A stretch of 38,046 nt of DNA from Sphingomicrobium sp. (GTDB lineage: Bacteria > Pseudomonadota > Alphaproteobacteria > Sphingomonadales > Sphingomonadaceae), in assembly GCA_036261735.1 (NCBI GenBank), contig DATAKH010000103.1, forward strand, positions 1-38,046, written 5' to 3'. The notes below the pieces were generated by a model, which was not told where the DNA came from, searched no databases, and saw only the letters and a list, made by a program, of their open reading frames with translations. Positions 10,137-20,370 of this stretch are shown piece after piece. The position numbers and the translations under genes are program-made. Within the stretch, counting starts at the first letter, position 1. Each line of letters opens with the position of its first letter.

Positions 10137-10775
10137 ATGATGGTCAGGAAAACAATCGCCATTCTGCTGGTCTCCGCGGCTGCAGCGTGCACGGCACCCG
10201 GACAGGACACGTCCGCACGGGGATTGTCGTCGGTCCACGAGCCGGTGCTTAACCGCTCCGTCTTCGCTCTCGACGTTGCCGCTCCCGGGGGGATCATCCC
10301 GCCCGCCGAGCTCGCTCGGGTCGACGGATGGTTCCGCAGCCTCGGCGTCGGATACGGGGATTCGATCTTCGTCGATGGCCCTTATGCCGAGACTGCCCGC
10401 GCGCAGGTCGCTGAACTCGCCGGGAATTACGGCATGATGGTCCGCGCGGCAGCGCCGGTGACCGCCGGAATGGTCGCTCCCGATATGGTTCGGGTGGTGG
10501 TTAGCCGCACCCGCGTCGATGTCGCGGGCTGCCCCGACTGGTCGGTTCCGTCACAGCCGAACGTTCTGAACAACAGCATGTCGAACTTCGGCTGTGCGCT
10601 AAACTCGAATTTGGCGGCGATGGTCGCCGATCCCGAGGATCTCGTTCACGGCCGCGAGGGCACTGGAGTCGGCGACGCCGCAACTGCCACCAAGGCCGTC
10701 ACCTTCTACCGAACCACTCCGCCGACCGGCGCCGAGGGCCTGCAGGACATCAGCACCAAGAAGGACAAAGAGTAA
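10137..10775 (+). CDS. cpaD: Pilus assembly lipoprotein CpaD
   Basis: Lipobox AAAC; CPDWS and NFGCALNSNLAAMVADPEDL motifs. Confidence 0.9.
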   Translation: MMVRKTIAILLVSAAAACTAPGQDTSARGLSSVHEPVLNRSVFALDVAAPGGIIPPAELARVDGWFRSLGVGYGDSIFVDGPYAETARAQVAELAGNYGMMVRAAAPVTAGMVAPDMVRVVVSRTRVDVAGCPDWSVPSQPNVLNNSMSNFGCALNSNLAAMVADPEDLVHGREGTGVGDAATATKAVTFYRTTPPTGAEGLQDISTKKDKE

Positions 10776-12043
10776 TGAACGCTCCGTTCCAGGCGCGCGC
10801 CGGGCTGCGCGATCCGTTCACCGCCTTCGTCTGTGACGATGCGACCGCCGAGATGCTCCGGCCGGTTGCGGTCGAGCACGGCTGGAGTCCGGAAAAGGTC
10901 AACAAGGGCGGTCTTCGCAATGCCGTGCAGTCGCTCTCGGTGTCGGCAAGCCCGAACATCCTGTTCGTCGACCTCTCGGAATCTGCCGATCCGCTCAACG
11001 ATATCAACGGTCTCGCCGAAGTCTGCGAGCCCGGCACGATCGTGATCGCGGCAGGCCAGGTCAACGATGTTCGGCTCTACCGCGACCTCGTCGCCAGCGG
11101 AATTCACGATTACCTGCTGAAGCCGTTCACCGTCGAGCAGCTCCGCGACAGCTTTGCTCATGCCCAGGCGCTCCTGTCGGGGCCGCGTGGTGAAGCGCAG
11201 GTCGACAAGCCGCACGTCATGTCCGCCGTAATCGGCGTCCGTGGCGGGGTCGGAGCCTCGACGATGGCGACTTCGCTGGCGTGGATGCTTGGCGAGCGCG
11301 CCCATCGCGCGACTGCCCTTCTCGATCTCGACGTTCACTTCGGCACCGGCGCCCTGGCGCTCGACCTCGAGCCCGGCCGCGGCCTTACCGATGCGATCGA
11401 GAATCCCAGCCGTATCGACGGCCTGTTCATCGAGCGTGCAATGGTACGCGCCAACGAACGGCTGTCGGTGCTGTCGGCGGAAGCTCCGATCCACCAGCCG
11501 CTAATCACGGACGGAAGCGCCTTCTTCCAACTCCAGGAAGAGATGCGCAATGCGTTCGATTCGACGGTCATGGACCTTCCGCGGCAGATGCTCATCCAGC
11601 ACCCGCACCTTGTCCACGACGCTCACGTCGCGGTCGTCGTCGCGGAGCTCACGCTTGCGGCTACCCGCGATGCGATCCGAATCCTCGCCTGGCTGAAGTC
11701 CAACGCGCCGCAGACGAAGATCATCGTCGTCGCCAATGGCGTTCCCAACGGCGGAGCGCTCGAGATCAGCCGCAAGGATTTCGAGCAGTCGATCGAACGT
11801 CCGGTCGATGTTGTCTTCCCGCTGGACTCGAAGCTCGCGGCGCAGTCGGCCAAGCTCGGCAAGCCGCTTGCGGAGATCGCCACAGGCAAGACGGCCGCGC
11901 CGTTCAACAGCCTCGTCAACATGGTCCTCAGCCACGCGACCGAGGAAGGCGCAGCCGGCGGTTCGGACAAGTCCGGCGGCGGATCGAAATCGCTCGTGGA
12001 TAACCTCAAGTCGATGCTTGCCAAGCCGAAGAAGGCAGCGTGA
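10775..12043 (+). CDS. cpaE: Pilus assembly protein CpaE/TadZ
   Basis: Degenerate receiver domain plus MinD-like ATPase (GVRGGVGAST, LLDLDVHFG). Confidence 0.93.
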   Translation: MNAPFQARAGLRDPFTAFVCDDATAEMLRPVAVEHGWSPEKVNKGGLRNAVQSLSVSASPNILFVDLSESADPLNDINGLAEVCEPGTIVIAAGQVNDVRLYRDLVASGIHDYLLKPFTVEQLRDSFAHAQALLSGPRGEAQVDKPHVMSAVIGVRGGVGASTMATSLAWMLGERAHRATALLDLDVHFGTGALALDLEPGRGLTDAIENPSRIDGLFIERAMVRANERLSVLSAEAPIHQPLITDGSAFFQLQEEMRNAFDSTVMDLPRQMLIQHPHLVHDAHVAVVVAELTLAATRDAIRILAWLKSNAPQTKIIVVANGVPNGGALEISRKDFEQSIERPVDVVFPLDSKLAAQSAKLGKPLAEIATGKTAAPFNSLVNMVLSHATEEGAAGGSDKSGGGSKSLVDNLKSMLAKPKKAA

Positions 12044-12099
12044 TCACTCGGCGGGCGGGCTCTTCGGGCCGCGCCCGGACTGGAAGGGACGGACAGTAG

Positions 12100-13068
12100 A
12101 TGATTTTCTACCTGATCCTTGGCATCGGCGGCCTTGGCCTGCTCCTGCTTCTGATGAAGATGCTGAGCGGACCGTCGGCATCGAAGTCGGTCAAGCGCCG
12201 GATGGAGCTCGTTAAGGAGCGCCACGCCGAAGGCGTGACCGCCGCCGCACAGGCCCAAATCCGCCGGCTGATGGCTGCTCGCGCAAGCCGCTTCGAAGGC
12301 TTTGCTTCGTCGATCATCCCGCGCCCGGCGCTGCTTCGCAAGCGGCTCGAGATGACCGGCAAGAACATCACGCTCGGCAAATATGCGATGATTTCCCTCG
12401 GGCTTCTCGCGGTGACCGTCGCTCTTATGATGCTTCGCGGCGCGCCATTCTTCCTGTCGCTGTTCCTTGGCCTGTTCGTCAGCGTCGGCATGCCTCACCT
12501 GGTCGTCGGCAAGATGATCACCCGTCGCGTCAACAAGTTCAATTCGAACTTTCCTGATGCGATCGAACTCATGGTCCGCGGTCTGCGCTCGGGTCTTCCG
12601 ATCAGCGAAACCCTGGGCGTGGTCGCCGCCGAAATCGGCGGTCCCGTCGGGGTCGAGTTCCGCACCGTCGCGGACAAGATGAAAATCGGGCGGACGATGG
12701 AAGTTGCGCTGCAGGAAACGGCGGACCGGCTCGGCACCCCCGAGTTCCAGTTCTTCGTGATCACGCTGGCAATCCAGCGGGAAACGGGCGGCAATCTTGC
12801 CGAAACGCTGTCGAACCTCGCCGACGTACTTCGCAAGCGCGCCCAGATGAAGCTGAAGATCCGCGCAATGAGCTCTGAATCGAAAGCCTCGGCCTATATC
12901 GTCGGATCGCTCCCGTTCGTGGTGTTCACGCTCGTCTGGTTCATCAACCCGGCCTACATGGGCGGCTTCTTCACCGATCAGCGGCTGATCGTCGCCGGTC
13001 TCGGCGGGCTCATCTGGATGGGCATCGGCGCCTTCATCATGGCCAAGATGGTCAACTTCGAGATCTAG
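12100..13068 (+). CDS. tadB: Tad platform protein TadB (T2SSF family)
   Basis: FPDAIELMVRGLRSG and IQRETGGNLAE motifs. Confidence 0.93.
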   Translation: MIFYLILGIGGLGLLLLLMKMLSGPSASKSVKRRMELVKERHAEGVTAAAQAQIRRLMAARASRFEGFASSIIPRPALLRKRLEMTGKNITLGKYAMISLGLLAVTVALMMLRGAPFFLSLFLGLFVSVGMPHLVVGKMITRRVNKFNSNFPDAIELMVRGLRSGLPISETLGVVAAEIGGPVGVEFRTVADKMKIGRTMEVALQETADRLGTPEFQFFVITLAIQRETGGNLAETLSNLADVLRKRAQMKLKIRAMSSESKASAYIVGSLPFVVFTLVWFINPAYMGGFFTDQRLIVAGLGGLIWMGIGAFIMAKMVNFEI

Positions 13069-13081
13069 GGGACCTGATCCA

Positions 13082-14071
13082 ATGCAGCCTTCCGGCCCCA
13101 CCCTTCTCGGCTTCGACGTCATCTGGATCGCGACGATCCTTAGCGGAGTTGCGACTCTCGCGGTGATCATGGCCATCTACGCCGCGACAACGGTCAAGGA
13201 CCCGATGGTCCGGCGAGTTCGAGCGCTCAACGAGCGCAGGGAGCAGCTCAAGGCCGGAATCGTCGCTTCGACCAACAAGCGCAAGAAGCTGACGAACCGC
13301 AACCAGGCGGCCGACCGCGTGCGGGCGATCCTGACTCAGTTCAAGATGCTCCAGGACGACCAGCTCGAAAAGACTCAGCGGCGGTTGATGCAGGCCGGCA
13401 TCCGCAACAAGGAGCTCGCCTTCTTTATCATCTTCGCGCGCTTCGTCCTTCCGGTTGCGCTTGGCTTCCTCGCCGTGGTTCTGATCTACTTCGTCGAATA
13501 TTGGCCCGAATGGGGCGGCTTCCGCCGTTACGCGACTGTCGCCGGAATCCTGGTCGGAAGCTACAAGGCGCCCGACATCTGGCTGAGCAACAAGGTCAAG
13601 AAGCGCAGCCACGCAATCCGCAAGGGCCTGCCGGATGCGCTCGACCTGCTCGTCATCTGCGCCGAGGCCGGTCTGACGGTCGACGCCGCCTTCGGCCGCG
13701 TGTCGAGGGAGCTTGGCAAGGCCTACCCGGAGCTCGGCGACGAGTTCGGGCTGACCGCGATCGAGCTCGGATTCCTCAACGAACGCCGCCAGGCCTTCGA
13801 GAACCTCGCCGCGCGCGTCGACCTCGAGGCGGTGCGCGGTGTGGTCACGACGATGATCCAGACCGAGAAATACGGCACTCCGCTGGCGTCCGCGTTGCGC
13901 GTGCTTTCGGCCGAGTTCCGAAACGAGCGAATGATGCGCGCCGAAGAAAAGGCTGCGCGGCTCCCCGCCATCATGACGGTGCCGCTCATCCTGTTCATCC
14001 TGCCGACCCTGTTCGTGGTCATTCTCGGCCCGGCGGCATGTTCGATCAGCGACAACCTGCTCAACAAGTAG
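13082..14071 (+). CDS. tadC: Tad platform protein TadC (T2SSF family)
   Basis: LPDALDLLVICAEAG, YGTPLASALR and AEEKAARLP motifs. Confidence 0.93.
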   Translation: MQPSGPTLLGFDVIWIATILSGVATLAVIMAIYAATTVKDPMVRRVRALNERREQLKAGIVASTNKRKKLTNRNQAADRVRAILTQFKMLQDDQLEKTQRRLMQAGIRNKELAFFIIFARFVLPVALGFLAVVLIYFVEYWPEWGGFRRYATVAGILVGSYKAPDIWLSNKVKKRSHAIRKGLPDALDLLVICAEAGLTVDAAFGRVSRELGKAYPELGDEFGLTAIELGFLNERRQAFENLAARVDLEAVRGVVTTMIQTEKYGTPLASALRVLSAEFRNERMMRAEEKAARLPAIMTVPLILFILPTLFVVILGPAACSISDNLLNK

Positions 14072-14154
14072 CGCTCGCCCAATCGGTTCCGTGACCGGAA
14101 CGGAATCCGCCGTCCCGCGCTGTATGCGCATCAGGTGGAACGAGGGTGCGGAAC

Positions 14155-14436
14155 ATGATTGGATTCACATCCGACCAATGGGTGATCGTGGCGCTGGTGT
14201 TCGTGCTGGGGCTTCTCGTCGGCGCCTTCCTGCTGGCCGGCAGCGGCCGCAAGTGGAAGACCCGCTATCGCGACGAGGTCCGTGAGCGCGAGGCGCTCGA
14301 AGAACGCCAGCGCGACCGCGAGCGCGAATGGGACGAGCGCGAGAAGGAGTGGCGCGAGCGCGACAGCCTGCGCGCGGCGGCGATCAAGGACCGCGATCGT
14401 GATGACGACGGGGTTCCGGATCGTACCGAATACTAG
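14155..14436 (+). CDS. Small single-TM protein with a charged coiled-coil tail
   Basis: SD GAGGG; TM segment VIVALVFVLGLLVGAFLL; E/R-rich helix; ends DRDDDGVPDRTEY. Confidence 0.75.
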   Translation: MIGFTSDQWVIVALVFVLGLLVGAFLLAGSGRKWKTRYRDEVREREALEERQRDREREWDEREKEWRERDSLRAAAIKDRDRDDDGVPDRTEY

Positions 14437-14442
14437 GCTCGA

Positions 14443-16503
14443 TCAGCCTTCGATCTTCGAGAAGTCCGCCACCTGGTTTACTGCGTCGCGAAAGCGCGCC
14501 AGCAGGTTGAGCCTTCGCGCCCGCACCGCTTTGTCGTCGGCATTGACGGTCACGTGATCGAAGAACTCGTCGATGGGTAAGCGAAGGCTGGCCAGCGCCG
14601 CCATCGCCGCGGCGAAATCCTCTTTCTCGATGGCTTTAACCGCCTTTGGCTCCGCCTTGTCGAGCGCGTCGGTGAGCGACTTCTCCTGCGCCTCGACGGA
14701 CCCATCGCCGACTGCCTTCGGGTCCCACTTCTCCTTCTTCAGGATATTCGCCGCACGCTTGAAGGCCGTCAGCAGGTCGGCGCCCTCCCCTGTCTCGACA
14801 AAGTCCTGAAGCGCTTTCACACGAGCCAGAAGCCGCACCAGGTCGTCCTCTCCGCCGAGCGCGAATACCGCGTCAACCAGGTCATGGCGCACCCCCGCCT
14901 CGCGTTGCTGGACCTTCAACCGGTCGGCGAAGAATTCGAGCACTTCGGGGGCAGTTCGGTCTAGCCGGTGCGCTGCCTCCGAACCCTTCACTTGCCCGGC
15001 GCGGTTTGCGAGGGCGCCGCGGATCGCCTTCGTAAGCGGCAGCCTGAGACCGCAAGAAACGATCATTTCGATCGATCCGAGCGCCGCGCGGCGAAGCGCG
15101 AATGGGTCCTTTGAGCCGGTCGGCTTCTGGCCAATGGCGAAAAAGGCGCAGATCGAGTCCAGCCTGTCCGCCAGCGCAACCGCTACCGATAGCGGCTCAG
15201 TCGCCGTGGCATACTGGTCGCGGATCGCGTTGCTGACAGCCTTCGGCTCGCCCTGCGCCTCCGCGAGATAGCCGCCGATCACCCCCTGAAGCTCCGGAAA
15301 TTCCCCGACCATTCCGGTGACGAGGTCGGCCTTCGCCAGCCGCGCAGCGCGCTCTGCCTGGTCGGGCTTCGCGCCCTCGACGACCCTCTCTTCGACAAGC
15401 CAGCGCGCCAGCTTCGCCACCCGCTCGACCTTGTCCGCGACGGTTCCGAGCTTCTCGTGGAAGATGATTCCGGAAAGCTTCTCCGCTTGGTCTTCCAGCG
15501 GCACCCTGAGGTCCTGGTCCCAGAAGAAGCGCGCATCCGCCAGCCGCGCCGCAAGCACGCGCCGGTTGCCCTCGACGATCGCCCCGCCGCCGTCGTTGGC
15601 GTCGATATTGGCGACGCAGACGAAAGCCGGCGCGAGCCCACCGTCATCCTTGGTGCAGGCGAAATACTTCTGGTTCGCCCGCATTGTCAGGACAATCACC
15701 TCGCGCGGAACGTCGAGATAGTCAGCGTCGAAGCGACCGAGGAGCGGAACCGGCCATTCGGTCAGCCCGGCATTCTCGACCACCAGCCCCTCATCTTCGA
15801 CGAGACTGAGCCCAGCGTCCCTGGCCGCGCCAGCCGCGCCTTCGCGGATGATCCGCTCGCGCTCCTCCTGGTCGACGATGACGTGGCAGGCCTTCAGCTT
15901 CTCCAGATAATCGGCCGGGCCGCCGAGCGTGATCGGGCCGGGATGATGGAACCGGTGGCCGAGCGTCGTCGCGCCGGCCTCGATGCCGTTGATCGCCACG
16001 GGCACGATGTCCTCGCCGAGCATCGCGACGATTCCGTGGAGCGGCCGTACCCACCGCAAGGAGTCGGTGGTTTGCGACGCGGCGCCCCAGCGCATCGACT
16101 TTGGCCAGGGGAAGCCCCGCACGATCCGCTCGATCATCGGCCCGAGGAGATCGAGCGTTGGCTGGCCGGGCGTGTCGATGACCGCGAAGAACACGCCGTC
16201 ACGCTCCTCGAGATGTTCGCGCTTGAGGCCCGTCTTGCGAAGAAATCCGTCGAGCGCCTGCGGCGGCGCGGCCGTGCGCGGCCCCTTCATCTCCTCGCGC
16301 CGCGGCTCCGTCTGAAGCGGCAAGCCGCGAGCGATCAGGGCCAGCCGCCGCGGCGTCGAAAAGACGTCGATCGCCTTGCTCGACAGGCCAGCTTTCTCGA
16401 GCGCTTCCGCGAACAGCCGCGCCAGGTCGTTGCGCGCGCCAGCCTGCATCCGCGCCGGGATTTCCTCGCAGCGCAGTTCCAGCAGGAAGTCCGCCGTACT
16501 CAC
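14443..16503 (-). CDS. glyS: Glycine-tRNA ligase beta subunit
   Basis: [39 protein letters not shown]; GTG at 16503 overlaps the glyQ stop (GTGA). Confidence 0.97.
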   Translation of the reverse strand: MSTADFLLELRCEEIPARMQAGARNDLARLFAEALEKAGLSSKAIDVFSTPRRLALIARGLPLQTEPRREEMKGPRTAAPPQALDGFLRKTGLKREHLEERDGVFFAVIDTPGQPTLDLLGPMIERIVRGFPWPKSMRWGAASQTTDSLRWVRPLHGIVAMLGEDIVPVAINGIEAGATTLGHRFHHPGPITLGGPADYLEKLKACHVIVDQEERERIIREGAAGAARDAGLSLVEDEGLVVENAGLTEWPVPLLGRFDADYLDVPREVIVLTMRANQKYFACTKDDGGLAPAFVCVANIDANDGGGAIVEGNRRVLAARLADARFFWDQDLRVPLEDQAEKLSGIIFHEKLGTVADKVERVAKLARWLVEERVVEGAKPDQAERAARLAKADLVTGMVGEFPELQGVIGGYLAEAQGEPKAVSNAIRDQYATATEPLSVAVALADRLDSICAFFAIGQKPTGSKDPFALRRAALGSIEMIVSCGLRLPLTKAIRGALANRAGQVKGSEAAHRLDRTAPEVLEFFADRLKVQQREAGVRHDLVDAVFALGGEDDLVRLLARVKALQDFVETGEGADLLTAFKRAANILKKEKWDPKAVGDGSVEAQEKSLTDALDKAEPKAVKAIEKEDFAAAMAALASLRLPIDEFFDHVTVNADDKAVRARRLNLLARFRDAVNQVADFSKIEG

Positions 16504-17360
16504 TGCTCCCACCCATTCAGCTCAACCCACGCCGCGCAAGCGCCTTTCGCCAGATCGCGCACCCGGCCGATATAGGCCTGGCGCTCGGCGACGCTGATCA
16601 CCCCGCGCGCCTGCAGCGTGTTGAAGATATGGCTGGCCTTGATCGCCTGCTCGTAAGCCGGGATCGGGAGCTTCGCCTTCAGCGCGCTCTCGCACTCCGC
16701 GGCCGCCTTTCGGAACAGGTCGAACAACGCGTCCGTGTTCGCGACCTCGAAATTCCAGGTCGAAAGCTCGACCTCATTTTCCCTGAACACGTCTCCGTAC
16801 GTCACGCCCGCGCCGTTGAAATCGAGGTCGAAGACATTGTCGACGCCCTGAATGTACATCGCCAGCCGCTCGAGCCCGTAGGTCAGCTCGCCCGACACCG
16901 GCTTGCAATCGAAGCCACCGACCTGCTGGAAATAGGTGAACTGGGTGACCTCCATGCCGTCGCACCAGACTTCCCAGCCGAGCCCCCAGGCGCCGAGCGT
17001 CGGGCTTTCCCAATCGTCCTCGACGAAGCGGATGTCGTGCTTGAGCGGGTCGATGCCGATTTCGTTCAGGCTGCCGAGATAGAGGTCCTGCAGGTCGGGC
17101 GGGCTCGGCGTCAAGATCACCTGGTACTGGTAATAATGGCCGAGCCGGTTGGGGTTCTCGCCGTACCGGCCGTCGGTCGGCCGCCGGCATGGCTGGACGA
17201 ACGCGGCTTTCCAGGGATCTGGGCCAAGCGCCCGAAGCACCGTCGCCGGGTGAAAAGTACCGGCGCCCATTTCCAGGTCGTACGGCTGTACAAGCACGCA
17301 GCCTTGGGCGCCCCAATAGCGGTGCAGCGTTAGAATCAGGTCCTGAAAGCTCAGCGACAC
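16500..17360 (-). CDS. glyQ: Glycine-tRNA ligase alpha subunit
   Basis: [41 protein letters not shown]. Confidence 0.98.
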   Translation of the reverse strand: MSLSFQDLILTLHRYWGAQGCVLVQPYDLEMGAGTFHPATVLRALGPDPWKAAFVQPCRRPTDGRYGENPNRLGHYYQYQVILTPSPPDLQDLYLGSLNEIGIDPLKHDIRFVEDDWESPTLGAWGLGWEVWCDGMEVTQFTYFQQVGGFDCKPVSGELTYGLERLAMYIQGVDNVFDLDFNGAGVTYGDVFRENEVELSTWNFEVANTDALFDLFRKAAAECESALKAKLPIPAYEQAIKASHIFNTLQARGVISVAERQAYIGRVRDLAKGACAAWVELNGWEQ

Positions 17361-17480
17361 GAATAGCCCCGTCTGGTCGTATGCGAGGGCTTTGGCCTAT
17401 CGCTTGGAAGGGGGCAAGTGGACGCCGCCCCGGGTCGTTCCTACATGTCCGGTTCAACTTCTCGGCGCAAAAGGCAGCTC

Positions 17481-18377
17481 ATGGTCTTCAAATTCCTAAA
17501 GCGCGCGCTTGCCCTCGTCGGCATCGCCACCGCTGCCTACGCAGCCCCGCAGGCCGCACCCGCCCCCGCCGCGCAGCCGGCGCTATGGGAGGTCTCCGAT
17601 CCCGACACGACGATCTACCTGTTCGGGACCATCCACCTGCTCCCCGCGAAGCATCACTGGCGCACCCCGACGATCGACAAGGCGATTGCAAGCTCCGACG
17701 AGCTGATCGTCGAAACCATCATCGACCAGCAGAACCCGCAGGAACTGATCGCGGCACTGACCAGGCTCGGCTATTCGAGCGGGCTTCCGCCGATCGAGGA
17801 GCGAGTTGATCCGGCGAAACGCCCACTGCTCGAGGCGGCGATTGCGAAGACCCCCATTCCGAGAGCGGTGTTCGACCGCATGGAGACCTGGGCCGCGGCC
17901 TTCACATTGCTTGGCGTCCAGTTCAACGCCATCGGGCTGCAGGGCGAGCATGGCGTCGAACAGACCCTTCGCGACAGTTTCCGGGCTGACGGAAAGCCTA
18001 TCGGCCAGCTGGAGACGAACGCCGAGCAGCTTGGCTTCTTCGACACGCTTCCGGAAGCGGCGCAGCGGGCACTGCTCGAAGGCGCGGTCGAAACTCCCGA
18101 CGAGATCGGCGCCGAGTTCGCTGAGATGCTCCGCGGCTGGACGAGCGGCGATGTCGATGCGATCGCTAACACCTTCAACCGCGGCCTCGGCGAGTCCCCG
18201 ATGCTGCGCGAGGCGCTCCTGAAGCGCCGCAATGCGAACTGGAGCCGCTGGATCGAGCAGCGGCTTGCCCGGCCGGGAACGACCCTGGTCGCGGTTGGCG
18301 CCGGGCATCTGGCCGGAGAATCGTCGGTGCAAGAACTCCTGGAAAGCCGCGGCTACACGGTGCGCCGGGTCCAATAA
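17481..18377 (+). CDS. TraB/GumN (Tiki-like) family exported protein
   Basis: Signal peptide; PALW..IYLFGTIH, GVE, LET, RN..W and VAVGAGHL motifs. Confidence 0.9.
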   Translation: MVFKFLKRALALVGIATAAYAAPQAAPAPAAQPALWEVSDPDTTIYLFGTIHLLPAKHHWRTPTIDKAIASSDELIVETIIDQQNPQELIAALTRLGYSSGLPPIEERVDPAKRPLLEAAIAKTPIPRAVFDRMETWAAAFTLLGVQFNAIGLQGEHGVEQTLRDSFRADGKPIGQLETNAEQLGFFDTLPEAAQRALLEGAVETPDEIGAEFAEMLRGWTSGDVDAIANTFNRGLGESPMLREALLKRRNANWSRWIEQRLARPGTTLVAVGAGHLAGESSVQELLESRGYTVRRVQ

Positions 18378-18673
18378 GGCGCGCAAAGAGCCTCGACCGG
18401 GCGGCTAACGAGCGCATTGGCAACGACCTATCAGCCCACCGCTAAATTGCTGCTATCCACCGAGAAAAATTCACCTCAGTCAGTTTTTGCTAGACATTTA
18501 TTAACGCCTAAGTGACCATGCTCGTCAGCGGTATCGGGCGGGGGCCACGAACCACCGGTTTAAGCTTTGGTGCGGTGATCCGCGCCATCGGCGATTTACG
18601 CCGAAACGCGGTCACACTTCACGAAATGCTGCCGGAAAAGGCGTCTCGCACCGATTGGGATCGGAGGCGCATC

Positions 18674-19480
18674 ATGGCATTTTTGCCACTTCTCATCGGC
18701 GCGGCGGTTGCGGCGACACCGCTGCCTGCGGCGCCGCCAGCGAACCCGGCTCCTCACACTGGCCATCCCGCGCTGTGGGTCGTCAACGACAGCGACACGA
18801 TCATCTACCTTTTCGGCACGTTTCACGCCCTTGACGGCAATTCCGAATGGTTCGGACAAGCGGTGAGGACGGCCTTCACGGCATCGGATCAACTGATGCT
18901 CGAAACGCTGGTGCCCAAGTTGCCCGCCGTCGCGATGGCGCCTAGCCCCTATGGGAGCGGACCAGTGGCCCAGCTCGCTCCTTCCGCCTCCTACCTCGCC
19001 ACGACCAAGGTGGTGATGAACGCGGGCCGGACGAACGGATTGTCAACCGACCACGGGGCCGACGCGATCCTTCGCGACGCGGCCGATTTGACCGGAAAGC
19101 CGGTCGCTGGCCTCGAAAGCTTCGAGTTCCAGCTCAACATGTTCAGCTCGCTTCCTTCGAATGGCCAATCGACGGCGCCGCAAGATGCTGAGACGATTCG
19201 GGCCCTGGGGGCAATGCTCGGATCGCTTAAGTCTGCCTGGAAGCGCGGCGAGGTCGAAACGGTGTTCACTCCGCTGCTGATGCAGATGCAATTGCAGTCG
19301 CCGCAAAGCTACAAGACGATGTTCGTCGAGCGGAATACCCGCTGGGCGCATTGGATAGCGGAACGCCTCAAGGCACCGGGCACAGTGTTCGTCGCGGTCG
19401 GCGCGGGCCATCTCAGCGGGCCCGACAGCGTCCAGAGGAAGCTCTCGTCGCTCGGAGTGAAGTCTGCTCGCGTCAACTGA
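18674..19480 (+). CDS. TraB/GumN family exported protein, second paralogue
   Basis: SD GGAGG before ATG 18674; PALW..IYLFGTFH, GLES, RN..W and FVAVGAGHL motifs. Confidence 0.88.
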   Translation: MAFLPLLIGAAVAATPLPAAPPANPAPHTGHPALWVVNDSDTIIYLFGTFHALDGNSEWFGQAVRTAFTASDQLMLETLVPKLPAVAMAPSPYGSGPVAQLAPSASYLATTKVVMNAGRTNGLSTDHGADAILRDAADLTGKPVAGLESFEFQLNMFSSLPSNGQSTAPQDAETIRALGAMLGSLKSAWKRGEVETVFTPLLMQMQLQSPQSYKTMFVERNTRWAHWIAERLKAPGTVFVAVGAGHLSGPDSVQRKLSSLGVKSARVN

Positions 19481-19513
19481 AGTCTCCCTTCTCCCGTTGC
19501 GGGCCGAGCATCA

Positions 19514-19542
19514 TTGCCAATCTGCGCGTCCTCACATATAGG
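19514..19542 (+). promoter_or_regulatory. Sigma70-type promoter of rplY
   Basis: TTGCCA-N17-TATAGG. Confidence 0.65.
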
Positions 19543-19604
19543 CGCCCCCTCCCCGGCCATGGTCATCCCTGGAGGCGTGGCGGGACCAACTGGAGAATGA
19601 AACA

Positions 19605-20291
19605 ATGAGCGAACAGCTGACGCTGCCCGCTGAAGCGCGCGAACGGGCTGGCAAGGGAGCCTCCCGTGCATTGCGTCGCGACGGACGGGTGCCTGCCGTG
19701 ATCTACGGCGAAAAGCAGGAGCCGCTGGCGGTGCATGTCGAGGAGAAACTCCTCACCAAGATGCTATCGACGGGCCACTTCACCAACTCGGTCATCATGG
19801 TCGAGGTCGGCGGAAAGCCGAACCGCACGCTTCCCAAGGACGTGCAGTTCCATCCCGTCACCAGCCGGCCGATCCACGTCGATTTCCTTCGCATCGGCGA
19901 GCATGCGCAGGTTCACGTCAACGTTCCGGCGCGCTTCATCGACGAAGAGCAGTCGCCTGGCCTCAAGCGCGGCGGCGTCCTCAACGTTGTCCGCCACGAC
20001 CTGGAGCTGGTCTGCGATGCGGCGAAGATCCCGGACGAGATCGTGATTTCGCTTGCCGGTCTCGACATCGGCGACGCCATCCACATCAGCCACGTCACCC
20101 TTCCGGAAGGGTCGAAATCGGCGATCGAGGATCGCGACTTCACCGTTGCAACGGTAGTTGCGCCGTCGGCGATGAAGGCCGAAGCCGAGGAAGAAGAGGC
20201 CGCTCCGGCTGCCGACGAGGTCCCCGCCATGGAGCAGGAGGGCGAAGGCCTCGAGGAAGACAAGGAACAGGGCACTCCGGACCAGGAATAA
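19605..20291 (+). CDS. rplY: 50S ribosomal protein L25 / Ctc
   Basis: [29 protein letters not shown]; long CTC form with an acidic tail. Confidence 0.97.
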   Translation: MSEQLTLPAEARERAGKGASRALRRDGRVPAVIYGEKQEPLAVHVEEKLLTKMLSTGHFTNSVIMVEVGGKPNRTLPKDVQFHPVTSRPIHVDFLRIGEHAQVHVNVPARFIDEEQSPGLKRGGVLNVVRHDLELVCDAAKIPDEIVISLAGLDIGDAIHISHVTLPEGSKSAIEDRDFTVATVVAPSAMKAEAEEEEAAPAADEVPAMEQEGEGLEEDKEQGTPDQE

Positions 20292-20310
20292 GCCCGCTTC
20301 GCACTCAAAC

Positions 20311-20345
20311 AGCCGCTCGCCCGAAAGGGCGGGCGGTTTCTTTTT
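20311..20345 (+). terminator. Intrinsic terminator after rplY
   Basis: AGCCGCTCGCCC-GAAA-GGGCGGGCGGTT stem-loop followed by TCTTTTT. Confidence 0.85.
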
Positions 20346-20370
20346 GCCCGCCCCGCGCTAGGGAACCCGG

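Noticed and set aside
1-17360. A glycine supercluster of gcv, the DAO-family oxidase and glyQS
   Set aside because: The genes are separated by unrelated operons and share no visible regulatory element; the oxidase substrate is unknown.
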